A stretch of DNA of 27,707 nucleotides from Candidatus Helarchaeota ASGARD archaeon Hel_GB_A (GTDB taxonomy: Archaea > Asgardarchaeota > Lokiarchaeia > Helarchaeales > HEL-GB-A). Where the stretch lies: NCBI GenBank assembly GCA_005191415.1, contig SUPS01000017.1, forward strand, positions 1 to 27,707. The letters are read 5' to 3'. Position numbers and translations under genes: made by a program. Below, one piece after another: positions 1-7,202 of the stretch (position 1 is its first letter; each line of letters starts with the position of its first letter). A model generated the notes under the pieces. The model was not told the origin of the DNA, did not search any database, and saw only the letters and a list, made by a program, of their open reading frames with translations.

Positions 1-527
1 ACATGGGAAGAGGGGAAATCCCGAAGGGATTCCACCCATAATAGATAGCTGATGAGATGGGGGCAACAAAAAGCCCGAAATATTGACCTTAAAGAAGTCT
101 AGGAATTAATAAAAGGATTGATTTAAGTTTAATATTCACTATAGGACATTAAATTTGGATTTAAAATAGTCAACTTCTTTCATATTAAAACTACTCATAC
201 AAATTTCGTAATTCGATTATTTTTATATTTATTTGCAGTCGTAATATACAATTTGTGGGTTCTCTACAACCTTTTCCACTGAAACAAACGTCAGAAAAGA
301 TATATACTCCCTACTCCTCGAGTGAAAATGCTCCTCTTGCTGAAAGCCCTTCAGATTTTGGATAAAATGGGAGACGAAAAGGTTCAGAAATTAAACGGAG
401 GTGATTCTCCTTAACATTCGGATCTACTGATAGAAACAAAATATTTTTAAAGCAAATAGAGACTATATATTGTTATAGGACAAATTGTCCTACACCTTAG
501 CCAACAATTTAACTTACATAATATCTT

Positions 528-1265
528 TTGAAGATGGTGAATTTGAAAATAAATAACAACAAAATAGCATCTTTCTTTAGCCTTTTCCTACTATTTCTCA
601 TCCTCGGATTGGTAACGATACCTTCAAACGCAATAAGTCCATATTCGCCAGAGATTAAAGAAGGACAAAGTCATACTTGGAAAATTCAGTATATCACTAA
701 TAAAACAATTGCTTGGTGGGATTCGAGAGGATTTCAGGGGAATTTTCGAGCGAATGAGGGTGATATAGTAATATTTGAGATCAATACAATTGCAGATGAT
801 ATTGAGGGAAAATTCATTTTTGGAAACATGACACTTACACTTGTGAATGATTCTGATATTGCGAGTGCCTTGACATTAAGTATTTGGCCTTGGTTTCCCG
901 GGTTGATTTCACATTTAAACTGGTCACAAGTCATCGTCGAAGCGAAAGCAGCCAATACGGGATTTATGCAAGGGAATTTGACGATCGTAGAATATACCCG
1001 GTTTATTCTCTTTTCGTATCAACAAAATAAGACCTCAGGACAGAACACCACATTAATTTATGATTTAAATACTGGAATCCTAATGAGTGGTTACACAGCG
1101 TTCGGAGATTATTATTTAGGGCTTGTTTACGAGGAGAAGCTAGAGAATGAAAGTGTAATTGGGGTAGAATCGACAATATGGATAATTATAGCAGCTGGAA
1201 TTATAGCAATGATTGCTTATATGAAGAAATCCAACAAATTGGTCGTAAAGATGTATGATATATGA
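528..1265 (+). CDS. Secreted or membrane-anchored putative glycoprotein, family unknown
   Basis: ORF-track frame. N-terminal signal-like hydrophobic segment (IASFFSLFLLFLILGLVTIPSNA). C-terminal hydrophobic anchor (IWIIIAAGIIAMIAYM) followed by basic KKSNK. Many N-x-S/T sequons (NKT, NMT, NDS, NWS, NLT, NKT, NTT, NES). TTG at 528, first ATG at 534, so the start is uncertain. Confidence 0.6.
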   Translation: MKMVNLKINNNKIASFFSLFLLFLILGLVTIPSNAISPYSPEIKEGQSHTWKIQYITNKTIAWWDSRGFQGNFRANEGDIVIFEINTIADDIEGKFIFGNMTLTLVNDSDIASALTLSIWPWFPGLISHLNWSQVIVEAKAANTGFMQGNLTIVEYTRFILFSYQQNKTSGQNTTLIYDLNTGILMSGYTAFGDYYLGLVYEEKLENESVIGVESTIWIIIAAGIIAMIAYMKKSNKLVVKMYDI

Positions 1266-1306
1266 AGTAACAAATTAGGCAACAAAACAAATAATTTTTT
1301 TCTTTT

Positions 1307-1951
1307 TTGGAGGTGGAGAAATTTCGCGAAAAGATAAAGAATTTGCACGAAAGTGAAATGGTGTCAAGCTCCTTAGAAGGCAATCTAGAAAATTTTGAGA
1401 TAAAAAATAGAATTTCACGTAAAAAAATATTAGAAATCGTGCTTGTTGCATCTTTAACAGCATTAGGAATTTCAGTGGGATATTTATTTGCACCATTCCC
1501 GAATATTGAATTTATGTCATTTATCATTTTTATCGCGGGATTCTTATATGGACAAGTGGTCGGACTTGGGGTAGGGGTATTTGTCCCGCTTATTTATTAC
1601 GGGTGGAATCCCTACGGACCATCTAATCCACCGATCTTTTTGACATGTGTGGGGTGTATGACACTAATTGGAGCAATTGGGGGTTTTTTAAAACCAAAAC
1701 ATCCTGAAAAGCTTACATATTCAGCTTGGAATATCTATAAATTCGCATTTATAGGATTTATACTAACATTGATATTTGATTTGACCACAAATATTGTGAC
1801 TGGAATAATCTTTTATGGAGGAAATGTTAGTTTAGCCATTCTCTTAGGAATACCCTTTCTCCTCATTCATACTATCTCAAATACCATTATATTTGCAATT
1901 TGCTTAATACCTACCAATAATGCAATTATAAATCTGATAGAATTGGCATAA
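1307..1951 (+). CDS. Polytopic membrane protein, possibly an ECF-transporter S-component-like substrate-capture protein
   Basis: About 5-6 hydrophobic helices after a charged 40-aa N-terminus. The segment LTALGISVGYLFAPFPNIEFMSFIIFIAGFLYGQVVGLGVG resembles S components by eye only. Sits directly upstream of a DUF4430-like gene. Start uncertain (TTG 1307, GTG 1313, ATG 1358). Confidence 0.5.
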   Translation: MEVEKFREKIKNLHESEMVSSSLEGNLENFEIKNRISRKKILEIVLVASLTALGISVGYLFAPFPNIEFMSFIIFIAGFLYGQVVGLGVGVFVPLIYYGWNPYGPSNPPIFLTCVGCMTLIGAIGGFLKPKHPEKLTYSAWNIYKFAFIGFILTLIFDLTTNIVTGIIFYGGNVSLAILLGIPFLLIHTISNTIIFAICLIPTNNAIINLIELA

Positions 1952-1965
1952 AAAACATATTTGAG

Positions 1966-2694
1966 TTGAAAATGATAATTAGATGTAGATTAGCAAAGTT
2001 AATGGTAAGGAGGTATTCTACCTGGAGGAAATGCCTATTAAAAGGTGGAATTATCATCTTATTTTTGGTATGTAGCGTTATTATGCCGATTCTCTGGGTA
2101 TTTGGGAATACTTCCACCCAGGATCCTTATTGCTATAATTTAGACGAAAAAGAGAAGATAATTCTGTTAGAAACTGTTGAAAACATCACAATTATTATCG
2201 AGGATAATGAATTTAATCTTACCCTCTGGGTGGGGTTTATTGGCGTGCTAGAGGGCGACATTACCGTCTTTAATGCAACTAGCAGCATACTGGGAGGAAT
2301 TACTAATATTGATTTTTATGAAACTTTTAATGGTGTATTTGTTTGTGGGTTTAAGATAAATGGAAGCTGGTATCGGCAAACAAACTCAAAATATTGGTTA
2401 TATTATGTGAATGGCGTGCTAGCTCCTGTCAGTTGTTCCAAATATGAGTTACAATCGAATGATACAGTGAGATGGGCTTTCACCCCCTATTCATCATTCC
2501 AAACTCCTGATAACCAGAATCTTGAATTTGATATGGCGGTTTTCTTGGCACTCATTTCATTTACTATTATAGGGCTGATAGCAGTGGGGTTAATACTAAG
2601 AAAGAGAGAATTTAAAAAGATTCTGGAAAAATCTCTTCAAATTATGCCATATTTATCCTTTAAACTTTCTAAAAAGCCCAATCTGAAATTTTAG
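1966..2694 (+). CDS. Membrane-anchored protein with DUF4430-like (transcobalamin beta-domain-like) domain
   Basis: N-terminal basic stretch plus TM (GGIIILFLVCSVIMPILWVFG) and a C-terminal TM (MAVFLALISFTIIGLIAVGLIL). Central segment FNGVFVCGFKINGSWYRQTNSKYWLYYVNGVLAPVSCSKYELQSNDTVRWAF matches the remembered DUF4430 signature (G-x-fV-x-I-x-G ... W-x-Y-x-VNG ... Y-x-L-x-x-gD-x-i-x-W). Alternative starts ATG 1972 and ATG 2002. Confidence 0.6.
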   Translation: MKMIIRCRLAKLMVRRYSTWRKCLLKGGIIILFLVCSVIMPILWVFGNTSTQDPYCYNLDEKEKIILLETVENITIIIEDNEFNLTLWVGFIGVLEGDITVFNATSSILGGITNIDFYETFNGVFVCGFKINGSWYRQTNSKYWLYYVNGVLAPVSCSKYELQSNDTVRWAFTPYSSFQTPDNQNLEFDMAVFLALISFTIIGLIAVGLILRKREFKKILEKSLQIMPYLSFKLSKKPNLKF

Positions 2695-2873
2695 AGCTTT
2701 TTCGTTTGATTGCTTTTAATACTAAATCTTCAATAGATTCCCATTTCTTGTTATCTTTTATTTTCAATAAGGGGCTTTTACTTAATACGGTCACAAAAAG
2801 TTCTTAAGTTTTTAAAAGTTTTAATAATTCAGGTAATTTTTAGGTTTGATTATCTCATGATTAGAGGATTAAA

Positions 2874-3491
2874 TTGGAAACAATTCAAAAATTAGTAACC
2901 CGTAGAGGGCCTGGGCATCTCTTTCAATTAGCACATTTTTTCTTAGCATTAAAAATAATCGCCGAAAAAGGGCCGATTGGACGGTATGAGTTGGGACGAA
3001 TTTTGGATTTAGGTGGAGGGTCAATTCGAACACTTGTGAATAGAATGAAAAAAGCTAATTTAATTACCGTAGAAGGGAAAAAAGGGCATGTCCTTACGGA
3101 GGAAGGGGAAGCCGTCCTTAAAGAAATCAAAAAAATACTGATTTCACTTGAAAATTTAGAGATTGCAGAGAAACTTACCACTAAAAAATTTAATGTAGGA
3201 TGTCAAGCTAGGACAATTTCTTCTAAAATAGGGTCTGGAATCAGCTTAAGAGATGCCGCTATTACAGTAGGGGCTAAATCTATAACATCATTAATATATA
3301 CGGGGCAAGGATTTAATATTCCTACCCTCGGGAAGGATTATCTCCAAGTACATCATCCAGAACTTTTGGACTACATTCTTTCCAAGTATAAATTTCAAAA
3401 AGATGATGTTCTGATTATTTGCGGAGCAGATACCTTAATTAAAGCAAAGTTGGGTGCAATAACTGCCGTTTTTTCTTTGCTCAATTCCTAA
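2874..3491 (+). CDS. Winged-helix (MarR/ArsR-like) DNA-binding protein with uncharacterised C-terminal domain, possibly archaeal DUF4443-like
   Basis: N-terminal HTH-like pattern GPIGRYELGRILDLGGGSIRTLVNRMKKANLITVEGKKGHVLTEEGE (helix-turn-helix plus beta wing). TTG start preceded by AGAGGA (SD-like). The roughly 200-aa size fits my recollection of the DUF4443 family, unverified. Confidence 0.55.
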   Translation: METIQKLVTRRGPGHLFQLAHFFLALKIIAEKGPIGRYELGRILDLGGGSIRTLVNRMKKANLITVEGKKGHVLTEEGEAVLKEIKKILISLENLEIAEKLTTKKFNVGCQARTISSKIGSGISLRDAAITVGAKSITSLIYTGQGFNIPTLGKDYLQVHHPELLDYILSKYKFQKDDVLIICGADTLIKAKLGAITAVFSLLNS

Positions 3492-3662
3492 ATACTCAGA
3501 TTTTTCATTTATTCGAAATGTACTTGTCTAATTAAAGGATATTTCCAATTTATTTTAATCTTGGTGGTAGAAGATCAATTATATAAATGTAAATTTTTGT
3601 AAGTATGGTGCTAATCGTTCATTCACCTACTTTTTGCCCACATCCCCCGCCACTTTATACCA

Positions 3663-3689
3663 CTTTCAAATATATATATATTTTGAAAG
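3663..3689. repeat. Inverted repeat CTTTCAAA / TTTGAAAG separated by an 11-nt (TA)5T spacer
   Basis: Read directly: 3663-3670 ctttcaaa, 3671-3681 tatatatatat, 3682-3689 tttgaaag. Arms are perfectly complementary over 8 bp. Lies in the 320-bp intergenic region upstream of the Roadblock gene. Confidence 0.8.
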
Positions 3690-3746
3690 AGTATCGTTAT
3701 AAAAAATTATAAACAAAAGTGTTTTATACTTTTATCGTTATACTCT
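3688..3746. promoter_or_regulatory. Paired 10-bp direct repeat TATCGTTATA (3692-3701 and 3733-3742) bracketed by inverted AGAG / CTCT; candidate operator
   Basis: Read directly. The two identical 10-mers are 41 bp apart, the first preceded by AGAG and the second followed by CTCT. Located 80-135 bp upstream of ATG 3826. The regulatory role is inferred. Confidence 0.35.
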
Positions 3747-3825
3747 TATCAAATTAATAGTACAGAAATTCATGTAGATGACGTAAAATCGAGGTTGAAT
3801 ATAAGAGATTTTGGAGACGAATAGG

Positions 3826-4290
3826 ATGGATGTTAAGTCGTTTGATAGAATCCTCGCAAAAATCATAAAAGCTGAACCGGGAATTAAGAAAGTGATTTTA
3901 GCGGACCGAACAGGACTTACCATTGCGCACGTCAGTAAGTTCAGCTATTATCCGGTGGATGTTGATGGGATTGGGGCGATAGCCTCGGCAGTGTTTTGTG
4001 CAAGTGAGGAACAAGGCAAAAGCTTGGACATTGGGAACTTAAATATCGTAACTTCCGAGTTCGATGATGGAAAAATTTTTGCCGCTCAATCTGGGCAAAA
4101 TGGAGTTCTCTGTATAATAACAGACAAAGATGTCAATATAGGTATGATTAGGCTTGTGATGAAGTCTGCCTCGAGTGAGTTAGATAAAGTCCTTACAGAA
4201 TTTTTAGGTGAAAAACCACCAATTGAGGAAGTTGGCGAGGGCGAAGAAGCCGATTTGAAGGATGCCCTCGGCGAATTAGACCGAATTTAA
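3826..4290 (+). CDS. Roadblock/LC7 (MglB-like) domain protein with acidic C-terminal tail
   Basis: FDRILAKIIKAEPGIKKVILADRTGLTIAHV ... GIGAIASAVFCASEEQGKSL ... IVTSEFDDGKIFAAQSGQNGVLCIITDKDVNIGMIRLVMKSASSEL follows the Roadblock/LC7 alpha-beta-alpha pattern. ORF opens at TTG 3811, but ATG 3826 is preceded by GGAG at about -10. Tail is EEVGEGEEADLKDALGELDRI. Confidence 0.8.
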   Translation: MDVKSFDRILAKIIKAEPGIKKVILADRTGLTIAHVSKFSYYPVDVDGIGAIASAVFCASEEQGKSLDIGNLNIVTSEFDDGKIFAAQSGQNGVLCIITDKDVNIGMIRLVMKSASSELDKVLTEFLGEKPPIEEVGEGEEADLKDALGELDRI

Positions 4291-4421
4291 CTTTTATTTC
4301 TCTTTAATTTATCAAAACTGCAAATTAACTCATTTTTCTTTTCAAAAACTAACTTCCAGCTCCTTGAGAAGTCTTCCTATTTGTAAATTCTCGGCGGTTA
4401 AAAGAAGAGAAAGATATAAAA

Positions 4422-4940
4422 TTAGGCGTTTTTAGCTTTCATGCTCAGCCGTTTTTGGCATTTTGGGCAGGTTCCATGAATTTTGATATATTCTAGAAAA
4501 TGATCTTTATGTGCTTTAACGCCACAAGCAGGGCATTGGATAATCTCATCTCGTGCGGCGATAGCAGATTTGCAAATGGGGCATTGTTCAGGGATTTCTT
4601 GAATGGCTAAGAATAATTTTTGAGGATTGAAAGAAGCTGTTTGAACATTTTCTCCGAAGATAAATACCTTGTTACCTGAGCGAGAGCGTAGAAAAAGTTC
4701 AATTCCTTTATTTCCATCTTTTCGCTCGCCGATCCATTCGATAATTCCGCTTACTTTATTGCCAGATGAGCCCGAAGTGCTTATTTCACCTTTTAATTCT
4801 GTATTAAGAATGAAAGTTCGTAACACTTTGGTGAAACTCAGCGGCGTAGCAGATTTATCGATTTGACTCATTTGAACTAAATTTTGCATCAGTATTTCAG
4901 GACCATTTAAAATAAAGTTCTTGACATCAATATCTGGCAT
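4422..4940 (-). CDS. Protein with C-terminal PHD/RING-like cross-brace zinc finger and unknown N-terminal domain
   Basis: Residues 120-161 (nt 4458..4583) read C-x2-C-x12-C-x2-C-x4-H-x2-H-x10-C-x2-C (CPICKSAIAARDEIIQCPACGVKAHKDHFLEYIKIHGTCPKC). That gives eight ligands with PHD/RING-type spacing. The N-terminal 115 aa is not recognised. Confidence 0.7.
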   Translation of the reverse strand: MPDIDVKNFILNGPEILMQNLVQMSQIDKSATPLSFTKVLRTFILNTELKGEISTSGSSGNKVSGIIEWIGERKDGNKGIELFLRSRSGNKVFIFGENVQTASFNPQKLFLAIQEIPEQCPICKSAIAARDEIIQCPACGVKAHKDHFLEYIKIHGTCPKCQKRLSMKAKNA

Positions 4941-5090
4941 TTTTTTTCACTTTGTTGGTTAGGTAATTTATTTCTAAAGTATAATTATAAAAGTAATTTA
5001 TTTATCTTATTAATTATCGTAACGCAAGAATAAGGGAAAGAATTATGAAAACGCATATGAAATAGTTTAATTAAATATCGTGACACAAAG

Positions 5091-5663
5091 ATGACAGAAA
5101 AGGTTCTAAAAACGGGTATTGGGATTGTAGGATTACCTGGTGCTGGGAAATCAATTGTTTCAGAAGTAGGAAGGGAAAAGAATATTCCAACAATTGTAAT
5201 GGGGGATATTGTGAGGCAATTTTGTATTGATGAGGGGTTGGAAATTAATTCAGAGAATGTGGGAGCATGTATGGTTAAAATTCGAGAGAAAGAAGGCATG
5301 GATGCGGTTGCAAAACGTGTTCTACCCAAAATATTAGAATTAAAAGAAGAAGTGGTTATTATTGATGGCCTTAGGAGTTACGAAGAAGTAGAATTTTTCC
5401 GAAAAAAAATGAAACGGTTTATAGTGATTGCGATTCATGCCTCACCGCGCGTCCGCTATGCAAGAATTCAGAAAAGGCGTCGGTTTGATGATGCACAGAA
5501 GTTTAGAGAGTTTCAGGAGCGAGATTTTCGGGAAATTAATGCAGGGATTGCCAAAATTATTGTTCTTGCGGATATTATGTTCATAAATGAGGGAAAAATT
5601 CGACCCTTGAAGCGAAGACTTAGCAAGGTACTCCAATTAATTAAAGATGGGAGGTGGAGATGA
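5091..5663 (+). CDS. P-loop nucleotide/nucleoside kinase-like protein (archaeal UPF0200, dephospho-CoA-kinase-like family)
   Basis: Walker A GLPGAGKS near the N-terminus. GDIVR, IIDGLRSYEEVEFFR and RRRFDD motifs match remembered UPF0200 proteins. Followed by its usual UPF0201 partner. Confidence 0.75.
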   Translation: MTEKVLKTGIGIVGLPGAGKSIVSEVGREKNIPTIVMGDIVRQFCIDEGLEINSENVGACMVKIREKEGMDAVAKRVLPKILELKEEVVIIDGLRSYEEVEFFRKKMKRFIVIAIHASPRVRYARIQKRRRFDDAQKFREFQERDFREINAGIAKIIVLADIMFINEGKIRPLKRRLSKVLQLIKDGRWR

Positions 5664-5667
5664 GTTA

Positions 5668-6066
5668 ATGCGAATAATCATAAGTACTCCTTTACATCCC
5701 ACGGAAGATCGAGCAAAAGTGGAACAGTGCCTTCAGAATATTTTGAGTAATCCTGATATCGAAGAAGAGGATGATACCTTCATTGTAACAAGTACCAATG
5801 CCGATATTTTGGCACCTATTCGAGAAAAACTAAAGGGGCAACGTATTCGAGATTCGGCACGTAAAGTGCTTTTAAGTAACTTGAATTATGAGCCTTTTAC
5901 CTTTTATTTACATAAACAGGCAGCATTTGCAGGACGTATTCATTTCGTGACTGACCAAGATCAGGAGGATTTTTTGGGACCAATTACCATTACTGTGGAA
6001 GCTAGTGAGGAAGAACTCCGAAAATTGATAAATTGGCTAACGATGGTTGATTTTGAAGCAGATTAA
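5668..6066 (+). CDS. UPF0201 / COG1931-like conserved archaeal protein (predicted RNA-binding)
   Basis: STPLHPTEDRAKV, QRIRDSARKVL, LHKQAAFAGRIHF and LGPITITVE match remembered UPF0201 signatures. ATG 5668 is preceded by GGAGGTGGA 10 nt upstream. The ORF-track start ATG 5647 would overlap the upstream gene. Confidence 0.7.
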   Translation: MRIIISTPLHPTEDRAKVEQCLQNILSNPDIEEEDDTFIVTSTNADILAPIREKLKGQRIRDSARKVLLSNLNYEPFTFYLHKQAAFAGRIHFVTDQDQEDFLGPITITVEASEEELRKLINWLTMVDFEAD

Positions 6067-6138
6067 AGGATTAAAAGGATTGTATATAATTGATTACAAT
6101 AAAAATAAAATGAATTCATAATGAGTTGATGAATAATT

Positions 6139-7197
6139 TTGAAAATCTTTTTATTTATATTAGATGGTTGTGCGGTTACCCAATTTGAGGAAGCCCATAC
6201 GCCATTTCTAGATAAAATTGCAGAAGATGGAATGATCTCCCTAGAGTGCAATGCTATTTTTCCAACAGCTACATATACGGGGCATTCCTCAATTATTACG
6301 GGAAATTATCCTGAAAAGCATGGAATGATTGGAAATCAATTCTGGGATCGTCAAAATGAATGTATCAGAAATTTTGATGATTTCGATTCCAATGAAAATA
6401 TAGAATCGCCTACAATTTTTGAGTTATTACCTTTCTCTACCTGTGCAATTTGTGAACCTGTGACGAGAGGAGCATCATTAATTATAAAGAAAAAGATTAT
6501 TGATGCACTTCCTTTAAAAATTCAAAATCGGACAATTTGCAAGTATTTAAAGGATTCATATGCTCCAGAGATCGATTTTTATATGGTAAATTTTCAAGGG
6601 GTCGATGGAGTTGGGGAATCGGAGGGACCCACTTCCGAAGAATATTTAAAATGTTTGGAAGAAGTTGATAAACTGCTATGTTCTATCAAAAACCAAATTC
6701 ATTCAGATTTTGTGTTTATAGTTACAGCAGACCATGGTATGACTACAGTGGAAAAAAATATTGATTTAGAGCGAGAGTTGAAAAGGAATGGATTTCAGGT
6801 CAAATGTATTGCATCGCATCGATGTAGTCATATTTATTCAAATTCAAATATAGAAGAAATTGAGAATTACCTTAAATCTTTACCTTATATTGATAAAGTC
6901 TTTAATTCGGCAGACATTGAAGAAGCGCACCTAAATCATGAGAGAGCGGGAGATCTTGTTGTGTGTGCAAAGAAGGGATTTGAATTTGGAGAGAAAAAAC
7001 TGAATGGAAGTCACGGTGGAGCGACCAAAGATGAAATGGTGGTGCCATTTATAGTATATGATTCTAAAAATAAAATAATAGAACATATTTCGCTTAATTC
7101 AATGTCATTACTAGATATTTGCCCGACTATACTAGATTTCTTTGATATCAAATCAAATGTAGATTTTCAAGGAAGAAGCTTATATTCAAATTATTAA
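6139..7197 (+). CDS. Alkaline-phosphatase-superfamily nucleotide pyrophosphatase/phosphodiesterase (NPP/type I phosphodiesterase-like)
   Basis: N-terminal LFILDGCA metal-site strand. FPTATYTGHSSIITGNYPEKHGMIGN has the nucleophile Thr context. IVTADHGM and GSHGG motifs are present. The conserved N-terminal strand begins at the ORF start, so TTG 6139 is the likely initiator. Confidence 0.75.
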   Translation: MKIFLFILDGCAVTQFEEAHTPFLDKIAEDGMISLECNAIFPTATYTGHSSIITGNYPEKHGMIGNQFWDRQNECIRNFDDFDSNENIESPTIFELLPFSTCAICEPVTRGASLIIKKKIIDALPLKIQNRTICKYLKDSYAPEIDFYMVNFQGVDGVGESEGPTSEEYLKCLEEVDKLLCSIKNQIHSDFVFIVTADHGMTTVEKNIDLERELKRNGFQVKCIASHRCSHIYSNSNIEEIENYLKSLPYIDKVFNSADIEEAHLNHERAGDLVVCAKKGFEFGEKKLNGSHGGATKDEMVVPFIVYDSKNKIIEHISLNSMSLLDICPTILDFFDIKSNVDFQGRSLYSNY

Positions 7198-7202
7198 TGG
7201 GA

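Noticed and set aside
4-88. Possible 3' half of a cobalamin riboswitch upstream of the DUF4430 cluster (UGGGAAG at 4..10 and AAGCCCGAA at 71..79, resembling the start of the B12 box as I recall it from E. coli btuB)
   Set aside because: The conserved second half of the B12 box (GACCUGCC-like) is absent; the sequence reads AUAUUGACC. A CCACUG element lies downstream (276..281) rather than upstream, so the order is wrong. The site is 450 nt from the first gene, and cobalamin riboswitches are not established in archaea. The match is most likely chance, but an Infernal scan with RF00174 on an extended contig would settle it.
3663-3689. AT-rich inverted repeat as a replication-origin (ORB/DUE-like) element
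   Set aside because: No orc1/cdc6 gene is nearby. There is only a single short repeat pair, and I could not confirm a match to ORB or mini-ORB consensus. It is more simply explained as a regulatory or promoter-region palindrome.
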